Below are positions 1-12,718 of a stretch of DNA of 64,000 nucleotides, piece after piece. Position numbers and translations under genes: made by a program. The DNA lies in the NCBI GenBank assembly GCA_905331295.1, contig CAJNYD010000044.1, positions 62,001-126,000 on the forward strand. The letters run 5' to 3'. The DNA comes from Rotaria socialis. Taxonomy: Eukaryota. The notes beneath the pieces were generated by a model. The model searched no databases. It saw only the letters and a program-made list of their open reading frames with translations, and was not told the DNA's origin. The stretch's first letter is position 1. Every line of letters begins with the position of its first letter.

Positions 1-285
1 AAAATTATATTGACATGAAACATTGCCAGTTAATATTTTAGAGAATCGTAAATAATATAGTGTATGTTTTGTTGTATGAAATTAAGCTGAAATGTTAAGG
101 GTGAGAAAATTTTTTAANCGTAAGAAGAAATGTCGATCATGTGAAAATAGCGAAAATTGAAAAAGCGGAAGAGTTGCCAATCCTGCCTATGTTGTTACAC
201 GAAGGGTAAAGTCTTATTGGGAGTCTCACAGGAAGGTATAAAGGCATAGATTAAAGTTTGACTAATATACACTTCAGTAAAATTT

Positions 286-3163
286 GGTTGCCTGTAATAA
301 TGTCGAAAGGAAAAATATCGAAAACATAATTTTGACATTAAAAATAGTTGGCCAATGTCTACGAGTTATCTGTAGTAAAAAACAAGTTTTCTTATATTAG
401 TTAGTTTTAACATTCTAACTGTGATTAAGTACAGATAATGAAGAAAATTGATAATATATAATCTTTTGCTTAGCAACTGTCAATGATAAACCATCTAAGT
501 ATTCCATAGCATTAATAGAACTTTATAAACTTTAGCTAAACATCCATTAAGTGTACATATACAATGACTAGTAGTATTTGTTGTTTTATTCGCTTTGAAA
601 ATATTCTTCTACTCTGAGCCAAAGACATCGGTGTGAAGCCACCACAGCACGACCTGCCAGCACGATCGTGATAGCAATTTCATTGGTCCGCCAAAACCAA
701 CGAATCAAATTTTACGATAGTGAGCGCCGCTTGATGGTGCGCAATAATCTACATGCGTGCATTTCCAACGAAAGACAAAAGACAAATCCAGTACAGTGTT
801 AGTTCTCTCCCAGTCTACGAAGGAAGAGGGAAAAAACACTTGCAAACTTCAAAGTCTTGCTACGGCAAGTGGTATAACTACCCCCGACCCTCACCCTTCG
901 TTTTCCGGCGGCTCGATTTAGTATCCATCGATGCACCTTGACCAACACTATCGAGTGCGCTGGTAATTCTACCCGGAAAATGAAAGGAAGGAGAAAAAGT
1001 GCCCAAAAACTGCAAGATCTTGCTGTCTCCAGAGATTCAACACTCTCTGACAGTCTCCCTTCGTCTTCCGGTGGCTGAATTACACATCGATCGATACCCC
1101 CCAACCGGGACTAACAACTTCATTCCTTGTTCTCTCCCGGACAACGAAGCGACAGGGAGAAAATGCCCAAAAACTATTAAATCTTGCTGTCTCCTGATAT
1201 CCAACCCCCTATGACAGTCTCCCTTCGTTTGCCGGGAGCCCAATTAGTCATCGAGAGATGTGTCTCGACTAGGGCTACCCACTGCCACCGTTTATTCTCT
1301 CCCGGAAACGATAGGCGACTCGCAGATACTGTTTTATCGGGCGGATCAGCACGATTTTCCAGTTTTATGGCGTTTTCTCCATGTCGCTTCATTTTCCGGG
1401 AGATAACAAGAAGTGCAATGGATAGCCCTGGTTGAGAGGCATCGATTGATGTGTAATTCGATCGCCGGAAAGCAAAGGGAGACGGTCAGTGGGTGTTGGA
1501 TCTCAGGAAATAGCAAGATGGTGCAGTTTTTGGGCACTTTTCCTCTTTCCTTTCGTTTTCCGGGAGAGAACAAGGAGTGCAATGGATAGCCCTGGTTGAG
1601 ATGCATCCATCGATGTGCAATTCAGCTCCCGGAAAACGAAGGGGAGACTGTCCGAGGGTATTGCATCTGTGGAGACAGCAACATTTAATAGTTTTTGGGC
1701 ATTTTCTCCCTGTCGCTTCGTTTCCCGAGAGCGCGGAAGCTGTGCAGTCGATAGCCCTGATGAAGCTGCATTGATTGATACTAAATTGAGCTCCTGGAAA
1801 GCGAAGGGTGAGGGTCAGGTGGATGTCATGCCACTTGTTATAGCTAGATTTTGTAGTTTAAGGTGTTTTCTGGCGGATCATTCGTTTCCCGGTGGTGAAC
1901 GATGCTTTTTCTGGGTGGCTCGGCTGCATCTGGGCGATTGCTAATCGAATTGGTTCGTTCGGTGCGCTGGAACAATCGTTTTTGAGGCATTTTTCATTAT
2001 GTTGTCGAATTGGATCGATGAGGCTAAACTATGGATAGGGAATGATAAAGCATGGGGCATCGATGATTGGTTGTTTTTATCTGCATTTCTATTGGTCGCC
2101 ATGGTGGCTTCACATCGATGTCAAAGACCTTGGCTCAAGGCTCTCCTTTATTTGAATTTATAAATACAATAATTGGAAATTTCGCTGAATGGCATAAAAA
2201 AAAGAGTGAATAAAAAAGAGCAAAAAATAAAATGTCGATCACATGAAAATAGCGAAGAGCATTTTTCCATTAAATTTAAAAAGCAATTTTTCTAATTCAG
2301 TAAGTGATATTTCATTGCTTCGTTTTCTTGTGTTATCTATTTTCACTGGCTAGCACTTTTCGTCAATAGTATCATCGTAGAAACTAGCTGAAGCAATGAG
2401 CACGAAGAAAGAAAAAAATATATATAAATAAACTAAACATACGCCATATCTTGTTTTCGTGTTTTTATTACATATCACTTGTTGTTAATTTAGTATCATT
2501 TTTGAAGGCATCTAATACCAGCAGCATGTATTTTACCATCACTAATAAACTTAATCCTCAGCTAGTTTTAAACGATTTTGTACATCGAGTAAAAAATGAA
2601 AGTACTAAAAAAAAATATTGGATTTGCGAAAGAAATGAAATCAATATGTATACACATATACGAATATACAGAAAGTTTTTTTGAAATAGATGCTGCTCAA
2701 TTATTAGATGGCTTCTCATTCATCACAGTCAAACGAAACAAATATTTTCTTTTTACTAATTTTATAACTAAGTATGCTTCATTCATTTCATTTTTTGGTG
2801 AGCTTCAAATGTTATCAGAAAATAAAAAATCTTCATATTAGCAGTCTAGAAATATTAAAATAATTTTTTTCGGCACTTTTTGTTTCGCTCATTTTGATAG
2901 ATACCATTTTGCTTGGGTTACATCAGTTAAAAATGCTGCAGCTTCAGTCATAACAACAGAATTTCTGCTATATAATAGTTCTTACCCTCAACTCTTTTAT
3001 TTAATTTATGTCAAGTATTAATTATCACCATGCTACTGGTTAAAATTCTACTAGTGCAGAGTTTTCAGAAAAACAATAATAAACTACACGTGATTACAGT
3101 CACCATTTACTGGACATGTCATTTTCTTCGACATTTTTGCTTTCTACATTATTCCAGCACGCT
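286..3163. mobile_element. Non-autonomous DNA transposon, Merlin-like; hosts a nested foldback element
   Basis: Imperfect TIRs: ggttgcctgtaataatgtcgaaaggaaaaatatcgaa at 286, versus the reverse complement of about 3127-3163 (agcgtgctggaataatgtagaaagcaaaaatgtcgaa). Identical 8-bp flanks TAAAATTT at 278-285 and 3164-3171. The superfamily is inferred from the 8-bp TSD and the GG start. Confidence 0.6.
624..2122. mobile_element. Foldback-type non-autonomous element with inverted arms made of about 164-bp tandem units
   Basis: 21-bp TIRs GACATCGGTGTGAAGCCACCA (624-644) and TGGTGGCTTCACATCGATGTC (2102-2122), one mismatch, with AAA on both sides. Internal units occur near 1006 and 1170, and inverted near 1440, 1603 and 1769. 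It is GC-rich relative to its flanks. Confidence 0.8.
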
Positions 3164-3374
3164 TAAAATTTATAACTGTGACAGACACTAAATTTTATGT
3201 TACACATAATTTCCTCGCTTATATTTTGGTTAAAAAAAACTGTAACATATGAGTATTGTTGTAAAAAGAAACTACATAATTTATATATCGTTTTTATTGA
3301 ACGATATATTCTGTATAAACTCTATTCTGCTTTTAAATCTGCAGTGATATTGAATATTTTATATTAATTTAGTT

Positions 3375-5537
3375 ATGGCGCAAGCATTTGTGAAGGAAAA
3401 TCTAGCGCCGGAAGAGTTATCACCAAATCAATTATTAATTGGATCAAATGATAAGAAAAATAAAGAAAATATAACAATCATTTGGTTTGATCTACGCATT
3501 GGATCCGATGAAGATACTGAAACAGTGGAAGAACGAATTCGTTCCATCAATGATTTTGTCATTTTCATCACTGATCTTGATGAATGCGTTAAATATATTA
3601 AGTCGGTCGAAAAAGAAAAAATCTTTTTAATTACATCAGAAGCGAAAACGACAGAAATTTTAGCTCAAATTTCATCACTTCCTCAAATTGATTCTGTTTT
3701 TATTTTTGGTAGAAAAACAGATCAATACGAACAATTATTAAGCAAATGTTCAAAAATCACTGGAATCTATGCTCAAATTGACGATTTATGGCAATCAATC
3801 AAAGAACAAGTTAATTTTGTCAATAGACAAATTCAAGCATTTTCGTTTTTTGATCGACGTGAAAAATCAACAAAAGATTTATCAAAAGAATCATCAGAAT
3901 TTCTTTGGTTTCAACTTTTTCACTACGCTGTCACACGTATGCCACGGAACCAACGAGCAAAAGAAGAAATGGTTCACATATGTAAATATTATTATCGAAG
4001 AAATGAAAAAGAAACCCAATTTATTGAAGAATTCGAAAAAGAATATCAACCAAAAGATGCCATATTTTGGTATACAAAACAGTGCTTTGTTTATAAATTA
4101 ATTAATAAAGCATTGAGAACAGAAGACATTGGCTTTCTTTATGTATTTCGATTTTATATTGGTGATCTTTTTGAAAGTCTTCGACAAGAACATGAAAAGA
4201 TTTTATCATCAGAAGAAAATATCCTACATGTTTATCGTGGTATGAAATTAGACAAAGTAGAATTTGAAAGACTAAAAGAAAATCAAGGAAAACTCATATC
4301 AACAAATGGATATTTATCCACTAGTAGAAAAAAACCAGTGGCAATAAATTTTGCAACGGAACCAACTAATAGATTGAATATCGTATGTGTTCTTTTTCAT
4401 ATTCAATGCGATGTTAAAGAAATCGATAAAAGTATTGTATTTGCTGATATTGCTGAATATAGTGAATTCCCAAAAGAAGCGGAAGTCTTATTTGATCTGA
4501 ATGCTTGCTTTCTTATTGAATCCATTACAGAACACGATTCGTTACAAATCATTAAAATGAAACTTTCAAATGAAGGACAAAAGATTACGAAACATTATCT
4601 TGAAATGGTACAAAAGCAAGCAGAAAAACTCAGTGTTTCGATTTTATTTGGAAGATTGTTATTGAATTTAGGGAAATATAATAACTCATTAAGATATTTC
4701 GAACAGTTATTGAAGGATTCTCAAGATGAAGATCGTGCTTGGCTTGAATTTTATATTGGCCGAGCGTATCAAGGCAAAGGTGAATTGGACAAAGCTCGAC
4801 AATATTATGAACTTGCATACAATCTAATGAAAAAAAGTGATCCACCACGAATATTAGACTGTAGTGATCCTCTCAGTAAGATTGGCGATATTCTTCACGA
4901 ACGGAAAGACCTCGATGAAGCTCTCAAATATTATCAACGGGCACTAGAGATTCGAGAGAAATTCGATGCATCTTGTCTCATAGATATTGCCGCAAATCTT
5001 GGAAATATTGGTCTTGTGCTTGACGAAAAACAAAGAAACGATGAAGCTCTAAATTATTATCAAAGAGCATTAAAAATGTACCAGGAATTCTATACATTTG
5101 ATCACAATGATATTGCGAAGACTCTCACACGTATTGGTGGTATTCTTTATCGGCAAGTTAAATACGACGAAGCTCTCGATTATTACCAACAATCATTGAA
5201 AATTTACGAGAATCTCTATCCTTCTGGCCATAAAAAGAAGGCTGAAAATCTCAATTATATTGCTGCTATTTTCTGTCAGAAGAGAAATTACGATCAAGCT
5301 ATCGATTATCATGAACAAGCATTGACATTTTACGCGGAATTTTATAAGTGTGATCATATTGAAGTGGCCAGAAATTTGAATAATATTGGAGCCTGTTATG
5401 AAAATCAAACTAACCGAATGAAAGCGCTTGATTATTATCAACGTTCATTGGCTATGTATGAGAAGTTACTTCCCGTTGACCATCGAAGTCGAAAATTAGC
5501 TGAAATGAATATTCGTAGAGTTACTGAACAAAACTAA
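3375..5537 (+). CDS. R-S-E clade ADP-ribosyltransferase with C-terminal TPR repeats (720 aa, single coding exon)
   Basis: Motifs VYRG, YLSTS and EAEVLF (R, STS, ExE). About 7 TPR units of the type 'DEALxYYQRAL'. N-terminal alpha/beta domain starting ITIIWFD. Confidence 0.9.
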   Translation: MAQAFVKENLAPEELSPNQLLIGSNDKKNKENITIIWFDLRIGSDEDTETVEERIRSINDFVIFITDLDECVKYIKSVEKEKIFLITSEAKTTEILAQISSLPQIDSVFIFGRKTDQYEQLLSKCSKITGIYAQIDDLWQSIKEQVNFVNRQIQAFSFFDRREKSTKDLSKESSEFLWFQLFHYAVTRMPRNQRAKEEMVHICKYYYRRNEKETQFIEEFEKEYQPKDAIFWYTKQCFVYKLINKALRTEDIGFLYVFRFYIGDLFESLRQEHEKILSSEENILHVYRGMKLDKVEFERLKENQGKLISTNGYLSTSRKKPVAINFATEPTNRLNIVCVLFHIQCDVKEIDKSIVFADIAEYSEFPKEAEVLFDLNACFLIESITEHDSLQIIKMKLSNEGQKITKHYLEMVQKQAEKLSVSILFGRLLLNLGKYNNSLRYFEQLLKDSQDEDRAWLEFYIGRAYQGKGELDKARQYYELAYNLMKKSDPPRILDCSDPLSKIGDILHERKDLDEALKYYQRALEIREKFDASCLIDIAANLGNIGLVLDEKQRNDEALNYYQRALKMYQEFYTFDHNDIAKTLTRIGGILYRQVKYDEALDYYQQSLKIYENLYPSGHKKKAENLNYIAAIFCQKRNYDQAIDYHEQALTFYAEFYKCDHIEVARNLNNIGACYENQTNRMKALDYYQRSLAMYEKLLPVDHRSRKLAEMNIRRVTEQN

Positions 5538-6772
5538 CTTCATTGAATCATACATCTATACAATTCATTCTGAGCAAGAATATAAGATTTGGGTATTTTT
5601 TTGTGCTAGCATTGACTGTAACATTTATGATAGTTTTTAGGAACTAAGTTGCATAATATTAAACAATCAGTAAGCGCCATGAAAGAGTTATAGAAGCAAC
5701 TTAGTGTTTTTTATGTCAACAGATGACAGGGAGTATACCAGCATTAATAAACGTATAGTAACTGAACTGAGTGGTACTTAACTTATCCAACATTGATAAA
5801 TTGATACGCATTTCTTTTTATTTCGAAAATTTTTATTCTTTTGAAATTAATCAACAAGACGAGAAGGAACATTGCAGAAACAGGGGATCACACTGTTGTA
5901 CTAGGCCCTCGTCCATATTTAAGCCCATAGAGCTCAAAATCTACAGTTACTTAGTACTGAAGTGAAACACTGGGTACCAGTATCTGCGAACCAACGAGCA
6001 TTGACTGATGTTAACCCAACAACTTTAATTGAGCATGGCTTTATCGTGAGTCACATCGCTAGTAGGTAGCTTTAGCGTAATCTTATAAGCATTTTATTAA
6101 ACGACTTAACTAATTGATTTAATTAATTGAAATTTGAAAAAATTACGGCTCACCCCAGCGATGAAAGTATTTCTGATCTAACTTTCAACTTGATGAATCT
6201 CGAAAAGCACAAATTTAAGAAGAATCAAAAAATAAATCACTTAACTCTTTGATCTGATTGTATTCTAGCAAAAACTTCGATCAGAACAGTGATATATCTC
6301 AACGCATTTCTACGTTTTGCATCAAATTTATGCGGGAAAACATATTGAACGAAAAATTGCGCGAATAAAAACCACTGACGTAAGTTAGTTTTAGGAAACT
6401 TCACTAAAATTGATCTCGTCAGTAGCTGGCCTATTGAAATTGCGATGTTTATAAAATTCATGTTTATGGAAGTTTCTATCGGAATAATTCTTTCAGTACG
6501 TTCACTGCAATAGATATTGCGGTAAATCTAACTAATTTTCCAAAACAATGTAGGAGACTGTCGTAAATCTAGAGAGCTCCAATAAAGACACCTTTGAAAG
6601 AATAATGCTATTCGCATTTATACGCTTAACTAGTGAATTCTACAGGCATAATTATCATTCTGCCAGCTGTGCTTTCTGTAATGTTGCAGAATAAAACATA
6701 ATATAAAGAGAATGAAAATGTTATAGCTTGTGTCATCGTACAAGTGACTGGGATTACCTAATTCTGCCATTC

Positions 6773-7639
6773 TTAACCAAAAAATGAGGGCTTCATTATT
6801 TTCTGATGAACTTTTACCTTGCTGCGTGATCGCTTGATTTGGAACCTACGCATATGTAGGAGCGTTGTGGGATTTTTAAGTAGTAAGATACTTACAACAC
6901 ATGAATTGTTGGAAAATGGTGGTTCAAGAAGAACATATGGCGGGGAAAGCTCACGTAGTTGTATGATGTATAAATCGTTGGCTGCTCGGACTTTGCTGAC
7001 AACTTCGAAATAAAATCCAGGTAGGAGCAAAATTTCATCTTCCTGATTGAAATATGAATGAGGCTTAATGGATTTTCCGTTTTTACACTCAATATTGAAC
7101 AAAGTTCTTGGCCCCGTTTTACCCAAATACATATCTTCTTCCAGCACTTCAAGTAATAATGTACACGAAGAAAATGCCCACCATGTGTAACATTCACCAC
7201 GATGATATTTGGAATGAAGATCAGCCTTGACACCACGCCAGATGACCTTAGTTGAACATGGCTGTATTTTGAAAAGAGCGGTAATGAACAGCTTAAGATA
7301 AAGAAACCATGGCGTAAGTTTACGACGATCTCTGTCACGTAACTTTTCATTCAGAATCGAATACAGACTTCGAGTCTTGATCTCCATGGTATAAAGATGA
7401 ATAGCGGCTGATTCATCAGAAGTAAGGCCATTGGCAGGATTCTTGGATGCATTCTTAGCAATCCAAACGTCGCGTGGTAAATTACGAAATAGCGATTGAA
7501 TGGGTTCACAAGCTACTTCGAGAGAAACGAGAATTGATTCTTGATAGTCTTCCAGAGGTTGTAAACTGGCTTCAGGTTCATCACAGGTGTTCTCAATTAA
7601 ACGGGGATTCCAACCACTGAGAGTTTGTGAGAAGGCCAT
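6773..7639 (-). CDS. Stand-alone R-S-E ADP-ribosyltransferase; 3' end probably spliced
   Basis: Motifs LTSDESAAIHLYT, VIWRG, FSSCT and QEDEILL. The first ATG is at 7639 (the track start at 7654 is TTG). Probable phase-0 intron 6895-6846 (GTAAGT...TAG), so the true C-terminus is uncertain. Confidence 0.85.
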   Translation of the reverse strand: MAFSQTLSGWNPRLIENTCDEPEASLQPLEDYQESILVSLEVACEPIQSLFRNLPRDVWIAKNASKNPANGLTSDESAAIHLYTMEIKTRSLYSILNEKLRDRDRRKLTPWFLYLKLFITALFKIQPCSTKVIWRGVKADLHSKYHRGECYTWWAFSSCTLLLEVLEEDMYLGKTGPRTLFNIECKNGKSIKPHSYFNQEDEILLLPGFYFEVVSKVRAANDLYIIQLRELSPPYVLLEPPFSNNSCVVSILLLKNPTTLLHMRRFQIKRSRSKVKVHQKIMKPSFFG

Positions 7640-8675
7640 GATAAAAGTATACAATTAATCTAGAGAAAATAAGAAGCTTTTACTTCAGATTCGACTTAAG
7701 AGGTAACTGTCATAAATATTGAAAAATATTTCAGCCTCATCTTTTTGGCAGGGGTGGAGTTATACGAGATGGAGAAAACTATGTACACATATGCGATGTT
7801 GGTGCATATTCGATCATATCTTGGGATGAAAGAATCATATGAGGGAATAATTATGGGATTTTCTCAGTTTCATTAAAACCTCTTTTCAGTCAAAATTTAT
7901 AGTGAAAAGTTCATAAACAGTTCAGATTGCTTATTTGCTAGTAAGGTAATAGCTTTTGCATTATAACATATCACTAGGTGAATTTTGTTTCTCGAATAGT
8001 AAATCACTTTCTTTACAGAATATTTGATAACAACTAGCTGTTGACGTCAGAGTATCGTACAATAAAAGCAAGAAAATCGCCTCATGTCGTGGTAATCATT
8101 TTGACACCACAATTTATTCAGCATTCGACACACCGCGTTATATGAAAATAATATTATGTCTATTGATAACCACATTCTGAGAGAAACTGTCATTTGATGG
8201 TTTTCAATACTACGTTAGTTCATGAAGTGGAAGTTACTGGTTTTTGATACCCTGGTTTTGTCACTGATGATCATGATAGGTCGATTGATAATTAAGGTAT
8301 TTGGAGTTAGTGCACAAATAATGCGTGAATCTCTTAAAACACACACTGACGTACGGAAAATGGGTAAAAATGATAAAAATATCGTGTTCAATTATTTCGA
8401 AGAACTTGCATAATAGCACACGTCGTCAATTTGCCACACTATAAAGAGAATAAGTGGTAATGGAGCTTCTAAAAGTTCACTAAAAGGTCCAATTAAAGAC
8501 GCAATTTACTCTGGGTTTCTCTATAAATTAAAGTAGAAGGATAATATTCACAGCTGTTTGAATTAAAAATAATAACGGCTTTTAGAAACTGTAGGTTTTG
8601 TCGATACTCTATGACCATGAAAATTGGATCAGTTGCCGGTATTTTAAACCACTTCCTACAACGGTGAGAAAAATT

Positions 8676-9692
8676 TAGCGGCGTAACCAGGATTTTAAGC
8701 TAGGGGGGGGTCGGCCCCAAGACTCTTTAGAATTAATTAAAAACTGAATTTCTTCCACCTTTTTTAGGAGATGTTGTACTTGCTTGATGTTCACTAACAT
8801 ATTTTTCATGTTAAGAGTAGCATTTTAAAGAAAAACAACAATATACACTACATCAATACACAAAACAACAATATACACCAGAGTTGCAACCGGTAGGGTT
8901 TTTTCTAGACCGGTACCAGTACCGGTCTAAGCCGATCAGACCGGACCGGACCGGCATGAGTCATAGTTGTTTTTTTTCATCGTGTATGAGTCACTATTGA
9001 CTTTTTTCATTTAATATCAGTCATATCTTACTCTGAATCACTATTCCAATTATTTAAGACTTCTCCTTCGTCACTAAGAAATATATTTTTGATAAATACT
9101 GATTTAATATAAACAATATATCTCATAATTTTTCTTAGAAATCGTCATTAATGTCATAAAAACTAGCTTGATATGCAAAAATAAACACTTTTATCATCTA
9201 TTTTTGCAAAAAATAAGGGAAAAAAGCGAAAATAATTTTAAAAAATCTAGACCGGGCCGGTCTGAAAAAGTCGCTTGTACCGGCCGGTATATCTGGCGGT
9301 GCCGGTAAGGAATCCTAGACCGGGCCGAACCGGCCGTTTACCGTTACCGGTTGCAACTCTGACATAGACGACACCAGCAGAACAGAACTGTTCTTTTTCT
9401 TTTCTCTTTACTGTTGTTGATCAAGACGAAAGTTTCGTTGTTGAACAGATAAATGACGATCGATTACTCACATTGTACAAAGACGACATAAACAGAACAG
9501 AATTGTTCTTTTTCTTTCTTCTTTACTATTGTTGATCAAGAATAACATCTAGATTGTGTTCTCTAACACAAAAGCCGCTCGAAAAATTAGAATAACATTA
9601 AATAACAGCTAAACAGAAATATTTCTAGGGGGTGCTCAAGCAGTTCTGGAGGGGGCTCAGCCACCTCCAGCCCCCTCGTGGTTACGCCACTA
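8676..9692. mobile_element. hAT-like MITE (outer element)
   Basis: TIRs TAGCGGCGTAACCA and TGGTTACGCCACTA (13/14 match). Perfect 8-bp TSD GAAAAATT at 8668-8675 and 9693-9700. Confidence 0.85.
8879..9361. mobile_element. hAT-like MITE nested in the 8676-9692 element
   Basis: Perfect 17-bp TIR CAGAGTTGCAACCGGTA, many subterminal ACCGG repeats, and a degenerate 8-bp TSD (ATATACAC / ACATAGAC). Confidence 0.85.
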
Positions 9693-12600
9693 GAAAAATT
9701 TCCGGTTGAAAGTAGACTTAAAATACCGAATAAAAGATCTGGCTTGCTGTTTTCGGAAACTGACTGAAACTCGGATGTAACAAATTGCGATTGAAGCCGT
9801 ATTATTCAAAAGCGTTTCTCCGGGTAGTCATAAATCATCCATTCTTACTGATAGATCCGCTTGAAACACCTTTGATTTCTTCAGTTCTCTTATGAAATGC
9901 AATATGAGGCAGTGCACAAAAAATGTTGGAATTACTATGATGACTCAAAGAGCGTGAAACTCACTGTATTGATAATGGATTGGAGCTAATTTATACGATG
10001 TAAAAAAATTGAAATTATTCGTCCTTTAGTTGGCATCGTAGGTTACGAATGAAAGCGATTTGTTGTTGGCAGTAGAGACACCTTTTATTTTCTACAAGAG
10101 ATAAAAGCAAATCGTCGAGTGAGATGGCAACAAACAGAAATTGAAATATAAAAAGCAAAGGTAAAAACAAAACAATTGAGTGGTGAATTTTGTCCATGCA
10201 TCAGTAATACTTTTTTTCTCTTCGTACAGAGCCAAAAAAAATGTTTGCTTTGTTTTAATCATAATGATGAAAGAAGGAAAGAAAAATAAATCATTTTTAC
10301 GAGCAATATTTTGACGCAGTATGCCAGTAACTCCAATTCTTCAACGACAATGACATATTATTTCAAGAAGTCTACAGCCTGTATTGATTCTTTCTTCCTA
10401 CTCATTTTAAAGTTCGTTCTTTACATTCTTTCATTTATATTTATTGAGAGAATCACTGAAAAACGTTTTTTTTTCCGTGTTTATCCATATTGAGCAATGG
10501 TGAGTAATATAAGAGAAGTTTTTGGTAATTATTATTGGGAGTTATGCCCATGGATGTTTCTGGTGTGCCGTAAAGCAATGAAATTCAGTGGTCAGATATA
10601 TCTTCAACTTTGTTCGTCTTTGTATCGCAGATGGTAGTTACTATTAAGATAACCGATCTTTATTGTTCTCACCCGGTTTTTCTATCATTTCAAAGATTAT
10701 CTTGAAATCATCAACAACTACTTTCTAATGAAATGAAATCGTTGCATCCTAACAAAATCAATTTAGCATTACTAACTGAATTTCAAATGAATGCTTCTAT
10801 GAATAGCATTGCGAAAATTAAGGTTCATTTTATTGTGTTTTTATTCTTAATTCTTTTGTTTATGAACTCGAGGGTCTCATCAACCTCTTTGATTTATTCT
10901 ACAAATCAATAGAAACAAGATCTATTCAATAATATGAGGTAATTATAACGATTAGCATATCTCTTTCTCGTTCTACACGATCATCAATATTGGCTATAAA
11001 TTGTGAATTCATAGAGAATAATAAATTTTCGAATCTTCGGCATTCTCTCATTTATCTTACTGCACAACTACCTTTTATAATGATATCAGTTCCTATTGAG
11101 AGTGAATTCCCAGTTAGAGATTCATTCAAACTCCAGATCTCGATTCACAACCTCCTATGGAAACTATAGCTTACAAAACATTGCAAATAGTGATAGTGAA
11201 TCATATATTTTAAGAAAAAGTTGTTCTTGAAATCCTTCCCCCATATAATAATAAGTTTATTTGTTCTGAAATCATCGCTTCTTCTCGGTTAGCACACATA
11301 ATTGTTTTATCTTTGTTGGTTTAGTTGTTCCTTTGCATAGATTTTAAACTAGCTTTAAAAAAAATTGATATACATGTATAAAATCTAATTAACTTATCAA
11401 AACATTTCCTAATATTAAAAAATAAGACTACAAGAAAGCATTAAATTGAGTTGAAACAATCAAATTATATAATATGCGAAGAAACAAAATGCTGTAAACA
11501 AGAAGAGTATACGTCTAGGACGTAGCTCAAAATGCAATGGTTCATTATTCACCGAAAATGGTCTGAAAAGCTTTGTTTACATTCCAAGGGAAACTACTCT
11601 AATTTGTAAGCGTATGTGATAGAGTTAATGCCGTTGCTTGATCGTTTTAGGCAGTATTAAATGTCATTCAAGATAGTTGGAATGACCAATCTCAAATAAA
11701 ACATGAGTCAATGTTTCTTGTAATAAAATTGAAAAGAATCGCAAAAGTCAATATATGAATTTACCAGATATTTTAATCGAACAACAAAATACTGATACAA
11801 CTTATAATAGCTATATTTTGATATATTATTTTCGTGCATATTCGCTATATTCTTCCTAGAAGCATTCATATTAAACGAAGACGAAGTATCAAGAGATCTT
11901 AATGATTCGCCAGTAATCGCCATGGAAAAACAAATTAATATAAACGAACTGCTTATGAAGAATACTATTGAAGATGAATTTCATGATGTTGAAATACAGC
12001 ACACCTTTATGTTTTAGTTTTCACTTATGCATTACGAAAATAAATGGAATTCAGTGAAGGCACTTATATCTGGAGTTCCTAAGACTTATTTTTGTCACTA
12101 TGATGAAAGCTAGTTCTTATAAAGTCTGTACCGCTATGGAATATTCTCTTTAAAAAGTCAACTATATATTCTAATAATGATTGAAACTTGCCATCTTTTG
12201 AATTGGTAAATGTTAAAATATTCTGTTTATCTTTACCTGACGCAACTATTTCACAATATGAATATGTACGCAGTGTATATTTCGGTTAAATTATAACAAT
12301 ACTTTTAGATTGTCACTCCTAGATTTTTTCGATATTTAATTATTATTATTGTTTCTCTGCAATTAATCATCTATATCAATAATACTTTTTGGTTATCTGA
12401 TTGATCATTTAAAGCGTGAAAAAGATCTTGTATTTCTTTACTAGATATCACTTTTTCAGTTGTACCAAAGCACAAGTTATGCTGACGATACCCTTTAATA
12501 ACTGTAAAGATTTTTAAACCTCAAAATACTTTAAAGCAATAAATGCTATCAGAGCTGTCTCTTTGATAACTTTAACGTAATTGACTATGCAACATAGTTT

Positions 12601-12718
12601 TCATATTTATTGATAATTGTAACTATTCAAATACAATACGTCTATTAATCATAGTGAATACAATGCATACTTAATAACCCCAAAATAACTAATAATTTGT
12701 AATATATCTATTTGTTTT

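Noticed and set aside
753..1944. Cluster of overlapping 60-110 aa ORFs on both strands
   Set aside because: They come from the GC-rich tandem and inverted units of the foldback element and show no protein motifs.
8160..8520. Possible GTPase relic (LLVFDT/PGF across a frameshift)
   Set aside because: Only one short motif and no P-loop found; insufficient support.
10200..12100. Exon-like patches that may be a decayed gene
   Set aside because: I could not assemble a consistent spliced frame or recognise a domain.
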